DNA from: an uncultured delta proteobacterium
GTDB lineage: Bacteria; Desulfobacterota; Syntrophobacteria; BM002
Length of the DNA stretch: 64,000 nt
Reading direction: 5' to 3'
Assembly: GCA_963712115.1 (NCBI GenBank)
Contig: CAVQGX010000032.1
Span: 64,001-128,000 of the forward strand
A model generated the notes under the pieces. The model was given only the letters and a program-made list of their open reading frames with translations, did not search any database and was not told the origin of the DNA. The position numbers and the translations under genes are program-made. Positions 46,069 through 55,768 of the stretch are shown piece by piece. Position 1 is the first letter of the stretch, and each line of letters opens with the position of its first letter.

Positions 46069-48174
46069 TCACTGGTTGGCCGAGGACACGGGTGAGTCTG
46101 GGACGGAAGAAGCTTCTCCTGGCGATGAAAATCCGTCCCTGCTGAAATATTCCAGATATTTCCGCCGCTGTTGGCGTAACATCTCAAAATCCACCTGGAT
46201 CTCCTCCATCCGCCTCCGGTAAATAGTAATTAGAAAAGGGGGCTTGCTCACCTCTCCATCTGGGCCGACCGAGGCAGTACCCGCCACTCCAGGCAAAGCC
46301 TGTATTCGCAGGAGAGAATCACGGAGCATAGGTCGAGATGTCACCCCGGGCTGACGGAGGGCCTCCATAAGCAAGCGCATAGTATCATACGCCTGTGCCT
46401 CAGGGTACCCGGGCTTTCCCCCGAAAGTCTCCTCATAGCTCTGGACGAACTGGCTGGTGAGAGGTAGGCCGCTTCCTGAAAAAAAACCATCCACGAAAAC
46501 AGCGTCCTGAAGATAGGGTGCGGCCATCTCGACTAGCTTTTGAGAATTCCACAGGTTCGTACCCAACAGTTTCACACCTGTGACGTCGTGATATGCCAAC
46601 TGGGGGGCAATCAGGCCCACCTGACTGTAGGCATCTGGGATAAAGATAGCATCAAAGTCCACAATGGGAATCTCCTCTTCTTCAAGATCTCCGGGTGCTT
46701 CTCCCTTCAAGCCTGCTGACGAGCTTTCGCTAGCCTTCACTCCTTCTGTTCCATCGGTGGTTTCACCCTCGGGTCGAGGGTAGTAAAGACCAACCAGCTT
46801 TTTAATCTGGTCGGCAAAATCTGTCTGAGAGGGATCATAGGTTTCGATCCCTCTTACCTCAGCGCCCAACCGCTCCAGTTCATCCCAAAAGAGGTTCATT
46901 AATCTTGTGCCGTAACTGTCAGCAGGATAAAGAATGGCAAAACGTTTGTAATCAAGGCCAAGTACAGCATACTCCACCAGTGCCCTTGTCTGTTCCTCAT
47001 TGCTGAGAAAGTAGCGGAATACGTAGTTACCAATGTGGCTTATACCCTCCTTTTGGGTGAGAGTAATTATGGGAACCCAGAGTTTCTGTGCTTCCTCAGC
47101 AGCCGCCTCAGCAGCAACCCGGCTTAGAGGCCCAATAATGGCAGCAACCTTGTTATCCAGAACAAGATCACGCACTGCAGCCACGGCAAGATCTGGGTCG
47201 CCACCACTATCTTTGATAATCAACTGAATATCTCCACGGTTATTCTTGAAGTCCTGGGCTGCCATTACTAGCCCCCGCAAAATCCTATCACCATAGGATT
47301 GATAGCGACCACTCAGAGGCAGTACGCAGCCGACAGCGGTCATATCAACTTTCAGCCACTCTTCAACTTTTTCGCTCATCCCTTTCCAGGTATCGACAAG
47401 TGGATGGTCAGGCAATCTCTCGATTAGTGCCTGTAATTGCTCTTGCGCCATACCAAACCGCCCACTCTCCATGTCTATTTCCACCAGACGGGTCTGCAGT
47501 TGAAGATTGGGAAAGGTGTCTGGATACTCAGCTACCAGCGCGTCTACTTCGTCTCTACCGAGGTGCTTTAGGACGATGTCCACCTTCGCAGCCAGAAAGA
47601 TATGTTTGTCTTCCTCGGCGAGTTCGTATGACTTGACGTACCACTTTACTGCCTTGGCATAGTTGAGTCGGGCCGCCTCAGCGTCACCCACAACTTCGGC
47701 AGCCACTGCTTTTTGAGATTTCTCAGGTAAATATTTTGTCAGAGACCTCCCGGTCTCCACCGCGTCATTGAAACGTTCCAGCTTGAGATAGCAACGAAGC
47801 AGCCAGAGACGTGCCTCATCCCCCTCCGGCCTGACGGGGAACTCATTTATCACTTGTTGAAACCAGGAAGCAGCCTTTACGTAACTCTCCAAACGATAGT
47901 CAATTTCTCCTTGTCGAAGCAAGGCCCTCGCTGCCTGGGGACTTCGCGGAAAGGCCATAGCAAGCTCCCGGTACCGCTGGGATGCCTCCTCCAGGTTGCC
48001 CTCCTTAAAAACCTCTTCTGCCATAGCCAGCTTCTGTAGGGCCTCTTCATCGCCTACCTCAACTGGAGCCTTCACTGCTACCTCTTTTCTTGGCGGTAAC
48101 AATGCACAGCCCATTAGAATGAATGGCAATAGCCAGAGAACCAATCCCCGGAAGATTTCTGCCCTAGAGTTCAT
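46069..48174 (-). CDS. LpoA-like lipoprotein (TPRs plus periplasmic binding protein type 1 domain)
   Basis: Lipobox LMGC, TPRs, VGCVLPLSG, IIGPLS, DAIFIPD, LLGTNLWNS. Confidence 0.8.
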   Translation of the reverse strand: MNSRAEIFRGLVLWLLPFILMGCALLPPRKEVAVKAPVEVGDEEALQKLAMAEEVFKEGNLEEASQRYRELAMAFPRSPQAARALLRQGEIDYRLESYVKAASWFQQVINEFPVRPEGDEARLWLLRCYLKLERFNDAVETGRSLTKYLPEKSQKAVAAEVVGDAEAARLNYAKAVKWYVKSYELAEEDKHIFLAAKVDIVLKHLGRDEVDALVAEYPDTFPNLQLQTRLVEIDMESGRFGMAQEQLQALIERLPDHPLVDTWKGMSEKVEEWLKVDMTAVGCVLPLSGRYQSYGDRILRGLVMAAQDFKNNRGDIQLIIKDSGGDPDLAVAAVRDLVLDNKVAAIIGPLSRVAAEAAAEEAQKLWVPIITLTQKEGISHIGNYVFRYFLSNEEQTRALVEYAVLGLDYKRFAILYPADSYGTRLMNLFWDELERLGAEVRGIETYDPSQTDFADQIKKLVGLYYPRPEGETTDGTEGVKASESSSAGLKGEAPGDLEEEEIPIVDFDAIFIPDAYSQVGLIAPQLAYHDVTGVKLLGTNLWNSQKLVEMAAPYLQDAVFVDGFFSGSGLPLTSQFVQSYEETFGGKPGYPEAQAYDTMRLLMEALRQPGVTSRPMLRDSLLRIQALPGVAGTASVGPDGEVSKPPFLITIYRRRMEEIQVDFEMLRQQRRKYLEYFSRDGFSSPGEASSVPDSPVSSANQ

Positions 48175-48246
48175 GTCCTTTTCACCGACCTCTCGTCTGG
48201 TAGCGCGGAGCGCTGTGCCCTTTGCGTTCTCCTTTGTGCACCTAAC

Positions 48247-48295
48247 AAAAAAAGGGTGCCTAACCTCACAAAACGAGGTCTTTGTAGCACCCTTT
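48247..48295 (-). terminator. Probable terminator after dnaK
   Basis: Minus strand aagggtgc...gcaccc followed by T7. Confidence 0.6.
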
Positions 48296-48324
48296 GGCGG
48301 AATTAAGCAAGTGCCTATTGCCGA

Positions 48325-50247
48325 TTACTTCTTATCTTCGTCAACCTCCTCAAATTCTGCTTCCACCACTTCTTCCTCACTACCAGCAGCGCCAGAGGCG
48401 GCCTCACCCGGCTGTTGCTGAGCCTCCCCTTCCCTAGCTTTGGTTGCCTGCTGATACATCGCCTCCGCCACTTTATGAGAGGCCTGCATAAGTTCCTCTG
48501 AGCCCCGTTTAATGGCTTCGGCATCATCTCCTTCCATCGCGGTCTTAAGCTTTTGAACATGCTCCTCTATGTTCTGCTTGGTAGCTCCGTCAACCTTGTC
48601 TCCCATTTCTCTTAGAGTTTTCTCAGTGTGATAAATCAGGGAGTCGGCATTGTTCTTGGCCTCAACCAACTCTCTCTTTTTCTTGTCCTCATCGGCATGC
48701 ATTTCCGCTTCCTTGACAGCCTGCTTGATCTCCTCCTCACTCAAGCCACTGGAAGCGGTTATGCGGATTGACTGCTCTTTGCCCGTTCCCAGATCCTTAG
48801 CCGAGACGTTCACAATGCCATTTGCATCGATGTCGAAGGTCACCTCGATCTGTGGGATTCCCCTTGGTGCCGGCGGAATGCCTACCAATTCAAAGCGGCC
48901 CAAGGTCTTGTTGTTGGCTGCCATCTCCCTTTCTCCCTGCAGCACATGGATAGAGACAGCCGGTTGATTGTCAGCAGCCGTGGAAAAGATCTGGCTCTTG
49001 CGAGTTGGGATGGTGGTGTTCTTCTCGATGAGCTTAGTCATCACTCCGCCAAGGGTCTCAATTCCCAGCGACAGGGGGGTAACGTCCAGAAGCAGGACAT
49101 CCTTGACGTCGCCTTTCAGCACACCGGCTTGAATGGCAGCCCCTACGCCAACCACCTCGTCAGGGTTCACTCCCTTGTGTGGCTCCTTGCCGAAGAACTC
49201 TTTTACCTTTTGCTGTACCCGCGGCACTCGGGTCATGCCGCCTACCAGTATGACTTCATCAATATCGGAAGTTTTCAAACCCGCATCTTTGAGGGCGGTT
49301 TGCATGGGGGGTAGCAACTTTTCAATAAGGTCTTCCACCATCGCTTCCAGTTTGGATCTGGTCAATTTTATGTTCAGGTGCTTTGGACCGCTGGCGTCGG
49401 CGGTGACAAAGGGCAGATTGATCTCGGTTTCCATGGAGGTGGAAAGTTCCATTTTTGCCTTCTCCGCAGCCTCCTTCAACCGCTGAAGCGCCATCTTGTC
49501 ACTTCGCAAGTCGATCCCCTGGTCCTTGCGGAACTCATCCGCCAGCCAATCGATGATCCTCTGGTCAAAGTCCTCGCCACCCAGGTGGGTGTCACCATTT
49601 GTTGCCTTTACCTCGAAGACGCCTTCGCCAATCTCCAGAATAGAAATATCATAAGTTCCGCCACCCAGGTCAAAGACTGCAATCTTCTCGTCTATTTTCT
49701 TGTCTAGACCGTAGGCCAGTGAAGCTGCCGTGGGCTCGTTAATGATCCTCAGGACGTTCAGTCCGGCAATTTTCCCTGCATCCTTGGTGGCCTGGCGCTG
49801 ACTGTCGTTGAAGTAAGCAGGTACGGTAATCACAGCATCAGTCACTTTCTCTCCCAGGTAGTCTTCAGCGGTCTGCTTCATCTTCTGTAAAACCATGGCC
49901 GAGATCTCCGCCGGGCTGTACTCCTTACCTCGAATCTCAATATGGGCATCTCCATTTTTGGCCTTAATAATTTTATAAGGACAAACTGTGATGTCTTGCT
50001 TTACCTCGGCGGAATCGTATTTTCTACCTATCAAGCGTTTGACTGCATAGACGGTATTTTCTGGATTGGTGATGGCCTGCCGTTTTGCCACCTGACCCAA
50101 AAGACGTTCACCACTCTCGGTGAAAGCTACAATAGAGGGGGTCGTGCGGCTTCCTTCGGCATTTGTGAGGACCTTGGCCTCTTTTCCTTCCATCACCGCA
50201 ACGACTGAGTTTGTGGTCCCCAAATCAATGCCGATAATTTTTCCCAT
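48325..50247 (-). CDS. dnaK: Molecular chaperone DnaK
   Basis: [29 protein letters not shown]. Confidence 0.99.
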   Translation of the reverse strand: MGKIIGIDLGTTNSVVAVMEGKEAKVLTNAEGSRTTPSIVAFTESGERLLGQVAKRQAITNPENTVYAVKRLIGRKYDSAEVKQDITVCPYKIIKAKNGDAHIEIRGKEYSPAEISAMVLQKMKQTAEDYLGEKVTDAVITVPAYFNDSQRQATKDAGKIAGLNVLRIINEPTAASLAYGLDKKIDEKIAVFDLGGGTYDISILEIGEGVFEVKATNGDTHLGGEDFDQRIIDWLADEFRKDQGIDLRSDKMALQRLKEAAEKAKMELSTSMETEINLPFVTADASGPKHLNIKLTRSKLEAMVEDLIEKLLPPMQTALKDAGLKTSDIDEVILVGGMTRVPRVQQKVKEFFGKEPHKGVNPDEVVGVGAAIQAGVLKGDVKDVLLLDVTPLSLGIETLGGVMTKLIEKNTTIPTRKSQIFSTAADNQPAVSIHVLQGEREMAANNKTLGRFELVGIPPAPRGIPQIEVTFDIDANGIVNVSAKDLGTGKEQSIRITASSGLSEEEIKQAVKEAEMHADEDKKKRELVEAKNNADSLIYHTEKTLREMGDKVDGATKQNIEEHVQKLKTAMEGDDAEAIKRGSEELMQASHKVAEAMYQQATKAREGEAQQQPGEAASGAAGSEEEVVEAEFEEVDEDKK

Positions 50248-50304
50248 TTTTTTCCTCCTTAATCTCCCATCCCGAATTTGGTTTCTTAGTCATGCCCCGC
50301 CTTA

Positions 50305-51009
50305 CTAAGCCTTTCTTACTGGTATTTTTACCTCGCCACTTTTTGCTCTCTTAGTCTCGGTGGGGTTTTGATCTCTTGTATCTCTTTCCGCCTCACTGGC
50401 TTGCTTGGACACAATTACCATGGCTGGTCGTAACAAACGTTCTTTGAGCATGTAACCTTTTTGAAGCTCCTTCAGCACAGTGTTGGGCTCCACTTTTGAA
50501 CTTTCCTCCTGAGACACAGCTTCGTGGAAGTTGGGGTCAAAGGTTTTTCCTATCGCCTCTAATACGGTACAGCCAAGTCTAGCCAGGGCGTCAATGAAAA
50601 CCTTGAGGGTCATGTTCAGACCCTCCACCAAACCCTCCTGATTAGGTGCGTCTGCTGAGTGTTGGAGGGCTCGTTCTAGGTTGTCTATCACTGGAAGCAG
50701 TTCGCGCATAAAGGTTTCGTTGGCGTAGCGAGTTTGCTCTTCTTTTTCTCGCTGCAGCCTTTTTTTGAAATTTTCAGCATCAGCAGCAGTGCGAAGTACC
50801 CGCTCCTCAGCTTGCTCAAGTCGACCCTCCAATTCCTTGATTTTCGACAGAAGACCATCCCTGTCAGCAGTCTCAGGGTCGAAAAACTCCTCTGCTTCCA
50901 CTGCAGCTTTAGCTCTATCATCTTTCTCAGAAGTAACTTCCACCTGCTGCCCTTGCTCTTCCTCATCTTTTTCCTGAGGCTTTGCTGTTCGCTCTTTGTC
51001 CGAAACCAC
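50305..51009 (-). CDS. grpE: Nucleotide exchange factor GrpE
   Basis: AADAENFKKR, LLPVIDNLERA, FDPNFHEA, GYMLKERLLRPAMV. Confidence 0.97.
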   Translation of the reverse strand: MVSDKERTAKPQEKDEEEQGQQVEVTSEKDDRAKAAVEAEEFFDPETADRDGLLSKIKELEGRLEQAEERVLRTAADAENFKKRLQREKEEQTRYANETFMRELLPVIDNLERALQHSADAPNQEGLVEGLNMTLKVFIDALARLGCTVLEAIGKTFDPNFHEAVSQEESSKVEPNTVLKELQKGYMLKERLLRPAMVIVSKQASEAERDTRDQNPTETKRAKSGEVKIPVRKA

Positions 51010-51137
51010 CCTGCATCCTCCATATGCTTCTATTAATAACGATTAGCGCTCAGTCAAGACCCTCTGCCTTTATTACAAAACAAAGCTCCCCAAAAAATTA
51101 GGGAGCCAGTAAAAAAAATAGAATTTTTTAATTAAAT

Positions 51138-52181
51138 TTAGAGAGTTTCTTCCAACATTTTGCTCAAGAGTTTGGCAGTGTAGTCCACTAAAGGAATAAT
51201 CCGAGAATAGTCCATTCTAGTCGGGCCAATCACGCCGAGAGTGCCCAGAATTTCATCGCCGCTCGCATAAGGAGAAGTAATAAAGCTCACACTTTCCATG
51301 TCCAGCAACTCACTTTCAGAGCCAATAAAAATGTTTACTCCCCCAGCCGACATACTTTTGTCCAAGAGATCTATTATCCTACTCTTTTCCTCAAAAGCAT
51401 CAAAGATGCGCCTCATCTGCACAACGTCAGCAAATTCTGGATTATCCAGGAGATTGGTCCTGCCTTCTATGTAGATCTCGCTATCTTCTATGTTCTCCTG
51501 CAAAGCTTTCTGACTTAATTCCAAGGCCTTGGAGAGTAAGCGTTCAAATAGCACTTTTTCCTTTTTCATCTCGTCCAGAAGCCGCGCCTTAACTTGATGG
51601 AGAGTAAGATCCTGTAGCATATCATTGAGATAACGGCTGTACTTATCCAGCTCCTCCTGGGAAATATCTCCATCGATCTCGAAAATCGTGTTGTGCACGA
51701 TCCCGGCCTGAGAAACCAGAATGGTCATGACCATCTTTGCCCTCAGACGGACGAACTCAATCCGCTTGAACACCGTCAGAGATAGTCGAGGTGTCAAGAC
51801 CACACCAGCCTGATTGGAAAAGGATGAAAGAACCTTGGAGGTTTCTTTTAGCAACCCCTCAACCCGAGCCACTCCGCCTTTATAGGATCTCCTGATCCTT
51901 TCTCGATCTGCGTTGCTGAGTTGTTTTATTTTTAGGATCGAGTCTATATAGACCCTGAGGCCGAGCTCGGTGGGAATCCTGCCAGCCGAAGTATGAGGTT
52001 GATAAAGCAGACCGAGTTCCTCAAGGTCTGCCATGACATTACGGATTGTTGCCGGGCTAACGTTCAAGCCGTAGCGTTTAGCTATAGCTCTGGACCCCAC
52101 CGGCACACCACCGTTTATGTACTCGAGGATAATTGCCTCAAGTACTCGTCGAGTTCTTTCTCCCCGCACTAATTGTTTCAT
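51138..52181 (-). CDS. hrcA: Heat-inducible transcription repressor
   Basis: PVGS, SPATIRNVMADLE, QPHTSAGRIPT, GVIGPTRMDY. Confidence 0.98.
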   Translation of the reverse strand: MKQLVRGERTRRVLEAIILEYINGGVPVGSRAIAKRYGLNVSPATIRNVMADLEELGLLYQPHTSAGRIPTELGLRVYIDSILKIKQLSNADRERIRRSYKGGVARVEGLLKETSKVLSSFSNQAGVVLTPRLSLTVFKRIEFVRLRAKMVMTILVSQAGIVHNTIFEIDGDISQEELDKYSRYLNDMLQDLTLHQVKARLLDEMKKEKVLFERLLSKALELSQKALQENIEDSEIYIEGRTNLLDNPEFADVVQMRRIFDAFEEKSRIIDLLDKSMSAGGVNIFIGSESELLDMESVSFITSPYASGDEILGTLGVIGPTRMDYSRIIPLVDYTAKLLSKMLEETL

Positions 52182-52193
52182 GGCCGCTTTATA

Positions 52194-52220
52194 TTAGCAC
52201 TCATGTCTAAGGAGTGCTAA
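52194..52220. promoter_or_regulatory. CIRCE operator
   Basis: Perfect TTAGCACTC-N9-GAGTGCTAA immediately upstream of hrcA. Confidence 0.97.
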
Positions 52221-52222
52221 GG

Positions 52223-52251
52223 AAATTAGCAATCGGTCGATCCTTTGTCAA
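52223..52251 (-). promoter_or_regulatory. Sigma-70 promoter of hrcA-grpE-dnaK
   Basis: TTGACA-17 bp-TAATTT just upstream of CIRCE. Confidence 0.8.
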
Positions 52252-52313
52252 GACTCAAATAGTGCGCATCTGGGCAAATACATAAGGTTGAACTTAGTTT
52301 CTCCATTAGCCCC

Positions 52314-52353
52314 AAAAAAAAGACCGTCTGGACGGGGCCACATCCAGGCGGTC
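52314..52353 (-). terminator. Intrinsic terminator of the candidate sRNA
   Basis: gaccgcctgga-loop-tccagacggtc followed by T8. Confidence 0.85.
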
Positions 52354-52433
52354 GGAGAAAGGAGAAAAAGAGTTGAAGAGTCAAGAAGGCAGGGCTTTCA
52401 TCATTATGTTAACCTTACCATCCTTACTCGTTT
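52314..52433 (-). ncRNA. Candidate sigma-54-dependent small RNA (~120 nt)
   Basis: Bounded by a -24/-12 promoter and an intrinsic terminator; CU-rich tract CUCUUUUUCUCCUUUCUCC; no sizeable ORF on this strand. Confidence 0.65.
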
Positions 52434-52443
52434 CTACAATGAT

Positions 52444-52459
52444 AGCAAATTCCTTGCCA
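52444..52459 (-). promoter_or_regulatory. Sigma-54 (-24/-12) promoter
   Basis: TGGCAAGGAATTTGCT, GG-N10-GC, close to consensus TGGCAC-N5-TTGCW. Confidence 0.8.
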
Positions 52460-52555
52460 TTGCAACCCGTGGATTGCATATTTATATCATATTGAAAAAG
52501 CTAATATTTTTTTTACTACTATCTACAACTTTTTAAATTAACTACCTGTGGAATG

Positions 52556-52599
52556 CATAATCAGGACATAATCCGGACATAATCCGGACATAATCCGGA
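52556..52599. repeat. 11-bp direct repeat CATAATCCGGA x4 (putative enhancer)
   Basis: cataatcagga cataatccgga cataatccgga cataatccgga, abutting the regulator stop codon. Confidence 0.9.
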
Positions 52600-54045
52600 C
52601 TATTTGAGAACATATCGAGTGCTCCGACCTCCGCCAACTCTTGCCACTATCTCCATTTCCACCAGCTGACTCAGATCACGTCGGGCATGGCGATCGGAAA
52701 TTTGGTTGATTTGGATATAGTAGTCGTTGGTTATATAACCGTTTTTCCTTATGAAATTTATTGCTTTGACTTGGCGTGAATTCAGACCAAGATAGGGGAG
52801 CAAATCCCCAGATCCGTTCAGCTCTGGTCCTTTCAGGGCTTCCTCCGATGGTATGTCAGTGATCCCTGGAAGTCTTTTCTGTAATAACTCTTCCGCTAAG
52901 TCCTGGGGCCGAATTTCGTTACCGTCGCAGAGAATTACTGCCCGTTCAATGACATTCTCTAGTTCGCGGACGTTACCTAACCAGTCATACTGGTAAAAAT
53001 ACTTAATTGCCTCATGGCTTACATTTTTTAATGGAAGCCCGTTGGCCTTGGCCACCTTTCTGAGAAAATGGTGAACCAAAAGTGGTATGTCATCACGCCG
53101 TTCTCTGAGGGGGGGAATGTTGATGTGGACAACCTTCAAACGATAATACAAATCCTCCCTGAAACGTCCGAGCTCCACCTCCCGCTTGAGATCACGGTTG
53201 GAAGCGGCTACCAAGCGAGCATCCACCTGCAAGGTCACAGTACCGCCCACACGCTCAAATCTCATTTCCTGCAGAACCCTTAGTAACTTCACTTGCAGAG
53301 CAGGAGACATATCACCTACTTCGTCCAAGAATAAGGTTCCGTTATGAGCCAGCTCGAAACGACCTTTTCGTCTAGTGACAGCCCCGGTAAATGCACCCCT
53401 CTCGTGGCCAAAAAGCTCGCTCTCCAGCAGCGTTTCAGGTAAAGCTGAACAGTTAACCGAAACAAACGGTTTATCACTCCTGGGGCTGTTGAAATGTATA
53501 GCCCTGGCGATAAGTTCCTTGCCTGTACCTGACTCTCCGGTGATCAGCACTGATGCCCGTGTTTGCGCTACCTTCTCAATAATCTCATACACCTGGCGCA
53601 TGACCTTGCTTTTGCCCACAATGTTGCCGAACTTGAAGCGCTCCTGCAGTTCCTGGCTGAGCAAACGGTTCTCTTCCTTGAGCCGGTGCATCTCTAGGGC
53701 TTTACGGATGGTTAGTATCAGTTCTTCATTTTTGAAAGGCTTAGTAATGTAATCAAAAGCGCCCCGCTTCATAGCTTCCACAGCTTTTTCCACTGTGGCG
53801 TAGGCTGTCATCATGATCACAGGGATTTCCGGTTGAAGACCCCGCAATTGAACCAAAAACTCCATCCCGTCCACACCTGGCATCCTCATGTCAGTTATGA
53901 CCAGATCCAGGTCATGACTGGTTATAACCTCAAGAGCCTCACTGGCATTGTCACAGGTAATCACCTCATAACCCGCGTCTGCCAAGAGTACCTCTAGAAC
54001 CAGGAGATAATTCTTTTCGTCGTCAACGATGAGAATGGTTTCCAT
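52600..54045 (-). CDS. Sigma-54-dependent response regulator (REC-AAA+) with atypical C-terminal winged HTH
   Basis: ILIVDDE, DMRMP, GESGTGKE, GAFTGA, LFLDEVG, WLGNVRELEN; C-terminus is not Fis-type. Confidence 0.93.
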   Translation of the reverse strand: METILIVDDEKNYLLVLEVLLADAGYEVITCDNASEALEVITSHDLDLVITDMRMPGVDGMEFLVQLRGLQPEIPVIMMTAYATVEKAVEAMKRGAFDYITKPFKNEELILTIRKALEMHRLKEENRLLSQELQERFKFGNIVGKSKVMRQVYEIIEKVAQTRASVLITGESGTGKELIARAIHFNSPRSDKPFVSVNCSALPETLLESELFGHERGAFTGAVTRRKGRFELAHNGTLFLDEVGDMSPALQVKLLRVLQEMRFERVGGTVTLQVDARLVAASNRDLKREVELGRFREDLYYRLKVVHINIPPLRERRDDIPLLVHHFLRKVAKANGLPLKNVSHEAIKYFYQYDWLGNVRELENVIERAVILCDGNEIRPQDLAEELLQKRLPGITDIPSEEALKGPELNGSGDLLPYLGLNSRQVKAINFIRKNGYITNDYYIQINQISDRHARRDLSQLVEMEIVARVGGGRSTRYVLK

Positions 54046-54113
54046 GCTTTTCTCTTGATGTGCGACCTGACCGAGCAGTAATGTCTAACTTACAAATACC
54101 AAATTCCTAGCCA

Positions 54114-54203
54114 CCATGCATCACGCATGGAGCATAGGGCATGGGGCATGGAGTTAATATGTTGTTTATTTTTACGCTATGCTCCACGCTCCATGCGCCA
54201 TGC
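54114..54203. repeat. Heptamer-periodic inverted repeat
   Basis: gcatgga gcatagg gcatggg gcatgga ... ctatgct ccacgct ccatgcg ccatgc. Confidence 0.75.
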
Positions 54204-54235
54204 TAACTCTGCTTGCTGCCAGCTTTTCGCAGTGC

Positions 54236-55696
54236 CTAATGTTCTGGGTTCACCGGCAAAGCAATGATAATAGCTGTTCCTTTGCTCTCTAACTGCGAGA
54301 GCTCTTCCGGGGGTGGACTCTTGATATCGACCGTGCCTCCGTGGCTTTCGATTATGTTTCGGACTATGGGAAGTCCTAACCCGGTTCCTGTCTTGCGGGT
54401 AGTGAAGAAGGGATCGAATATTTTCCCTATATTATTCCCAGAAATACCACAACCGGTGTCCACTATGATGACCTCAAGGAAATCCTCTCGGGGGTCCCGA
54501 TACCGAGTTACTACCCGGATAGTGCCCCCATCGTCTAAAGCTTCCATGGCATTAACGAAGATGTTCAGAAAGGCGCGATAGAGAAGATCGCCATCGGCGA
54601 TGACTGGCCTGCCATTTTCGGCAAAGCGAAGTTCCACCCTTATGCCTCGTCGCTTGAGTTCAACCTCCAGGAACTTCAGGTTTCTTTCCAGAACCTCATC
54701 TACTCTGCATTCAGAGTAGTTCGGAGTGGTGGGACGGGCAAAATCCAGAAAATCAGTGACGATCGAGTTGAGACGACTAGTCTCCTCCATAATTATTTCA
54801 CCCAACTGTTTTTTGGGGTCATCCTCCTCCATTTTATGGTGTAGGAGTTGGGCGGTGGAACCAATGATTCCAAGTGGATTCCGGATCTCATGGCTGATGC
54901 CAGCCACCATCTTACCTAAGACAGCCATCCTCTCAGCCTGATTAAGCTGATCCTCCAAGCGGCGCCTCTCTTCGGCTCTTTTAGCGATGATCCTTTCTCC
55001 CCTCTTTACAATGAAACGTAAGACGAAAAACAGAAGACTCATCACCCCCAGAAAACTCGCGATAATTATGTTCTGGAAACGGGTGATGGCTGCATAATCC
55101 TCAGAGATATCTTGGGTAATTTCGAACACCCCCAGAATACGGCCATGGCCCCGCCCCAGAGGTCTTTCCATGCGAAATGGGATGTAAGTCTTGAGCTGCC
55201 TTTGCTTCGCCACTACTCCCAACTCGAAACCAAGAAAGCTTCCACGAGAAATCAGCTGGGATGAGGATTTGCCCTCCCGGGCCAACTTAAAATCGATTCC
55301 CCCCAACCCTGTGAGCCCAACTAAGGAACGATCGGTACTATAAGTAACCACCTCATTTATATCATAGACATCCACCCTGTATAGATTGAATCCGTGAATG
55401 GTGCTACTAACTACCTTGTCCATAAGATCATATTGTTTGGGGTTGGCAAGCTGTATCCGACCGTATTTGAGCACCGTGGGCAGGACAAATTGGGTGAAAA
55501 CTTGGTGGTTCAAGTTTGTGGCCACGAAGAGGGCGTATTGCTCGCTTTTTCTGAGAAGTTCGTTCTTGGCCCGTTGAGAGATGAAAATGGAGAGCAATAA
55601 GGTCGGGATGAAGATCACCACCAAACTGGTCAATGAAAAATACTTGACCAATCTAAAAGGCTTGATGCTTTCCCTGGCGTCCGCACCTAGCTGCAT
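54236..55696 (-). CDS. Membrane sensor histidine kinase (NtrB-like)
   Basis: Two TM segments, SHEIRNPL, NAMEA, DTGCG, FDPFFTT, GTGLGL. Confidence 0.94.
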   Translation of the reverse strand: MQLGADARESIKPFRLVKYFSLTSLVVIFIPTLLLSIFISQRAKNELLRKSEQYALFVATNLNHQVFTQFVLPTVLKYGRIQLANPKQYDLMDKVVSSTIHGFNLYRVDVYDINEVVTYSTDRSLVGLTGLGGIDFKLAREGKSSSQLISRGSFLGFELGVVAKQRQLKTYIPFRMERPLGRGHGRILGVFEITQDISEDYAAITRFQNIIIASFLGVMSLLFFVLRFIVKRGERIIAKRAEERRRLEDQLNQAERMAVLGKMVAGISHEIRNPLGIIGSTAQLLHHKMEEDDPKKQLGEIIMEETSRLNSIVTDFLDFARPTTPNYSECRVDEVLERNLKFLEVELKRRGIRVELRFAENGRPVIADGDLLYRAFLNIFVNAMEALDDGGTIRVVTRYRDPREDFLEVIIVDTGCGISGNNIGKIFDPFFTTRKTGTGLGLPIVRNIIESHGGTVDIKSPPPEELSQLESKGTAIIIALPVNPEH

Positions 55697-55768
55697 GTAT
55701 GCAACCCCTACCCTTTTGGCCTATTTTACACTACCTTTTAGATATTTTCTGCCCGTCCCTTTTTCCAA

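Noticed and set aside
51043-51051. Half-CIRCE TTAGCGCTC upstream of grpE
   Set aside because: No matching second arm.
52387-52414. dif-like half site TTATGTTAACC
   Set aside because: No XerC arm at the 6-bp spacing; it lies inside the sRNA candidate.
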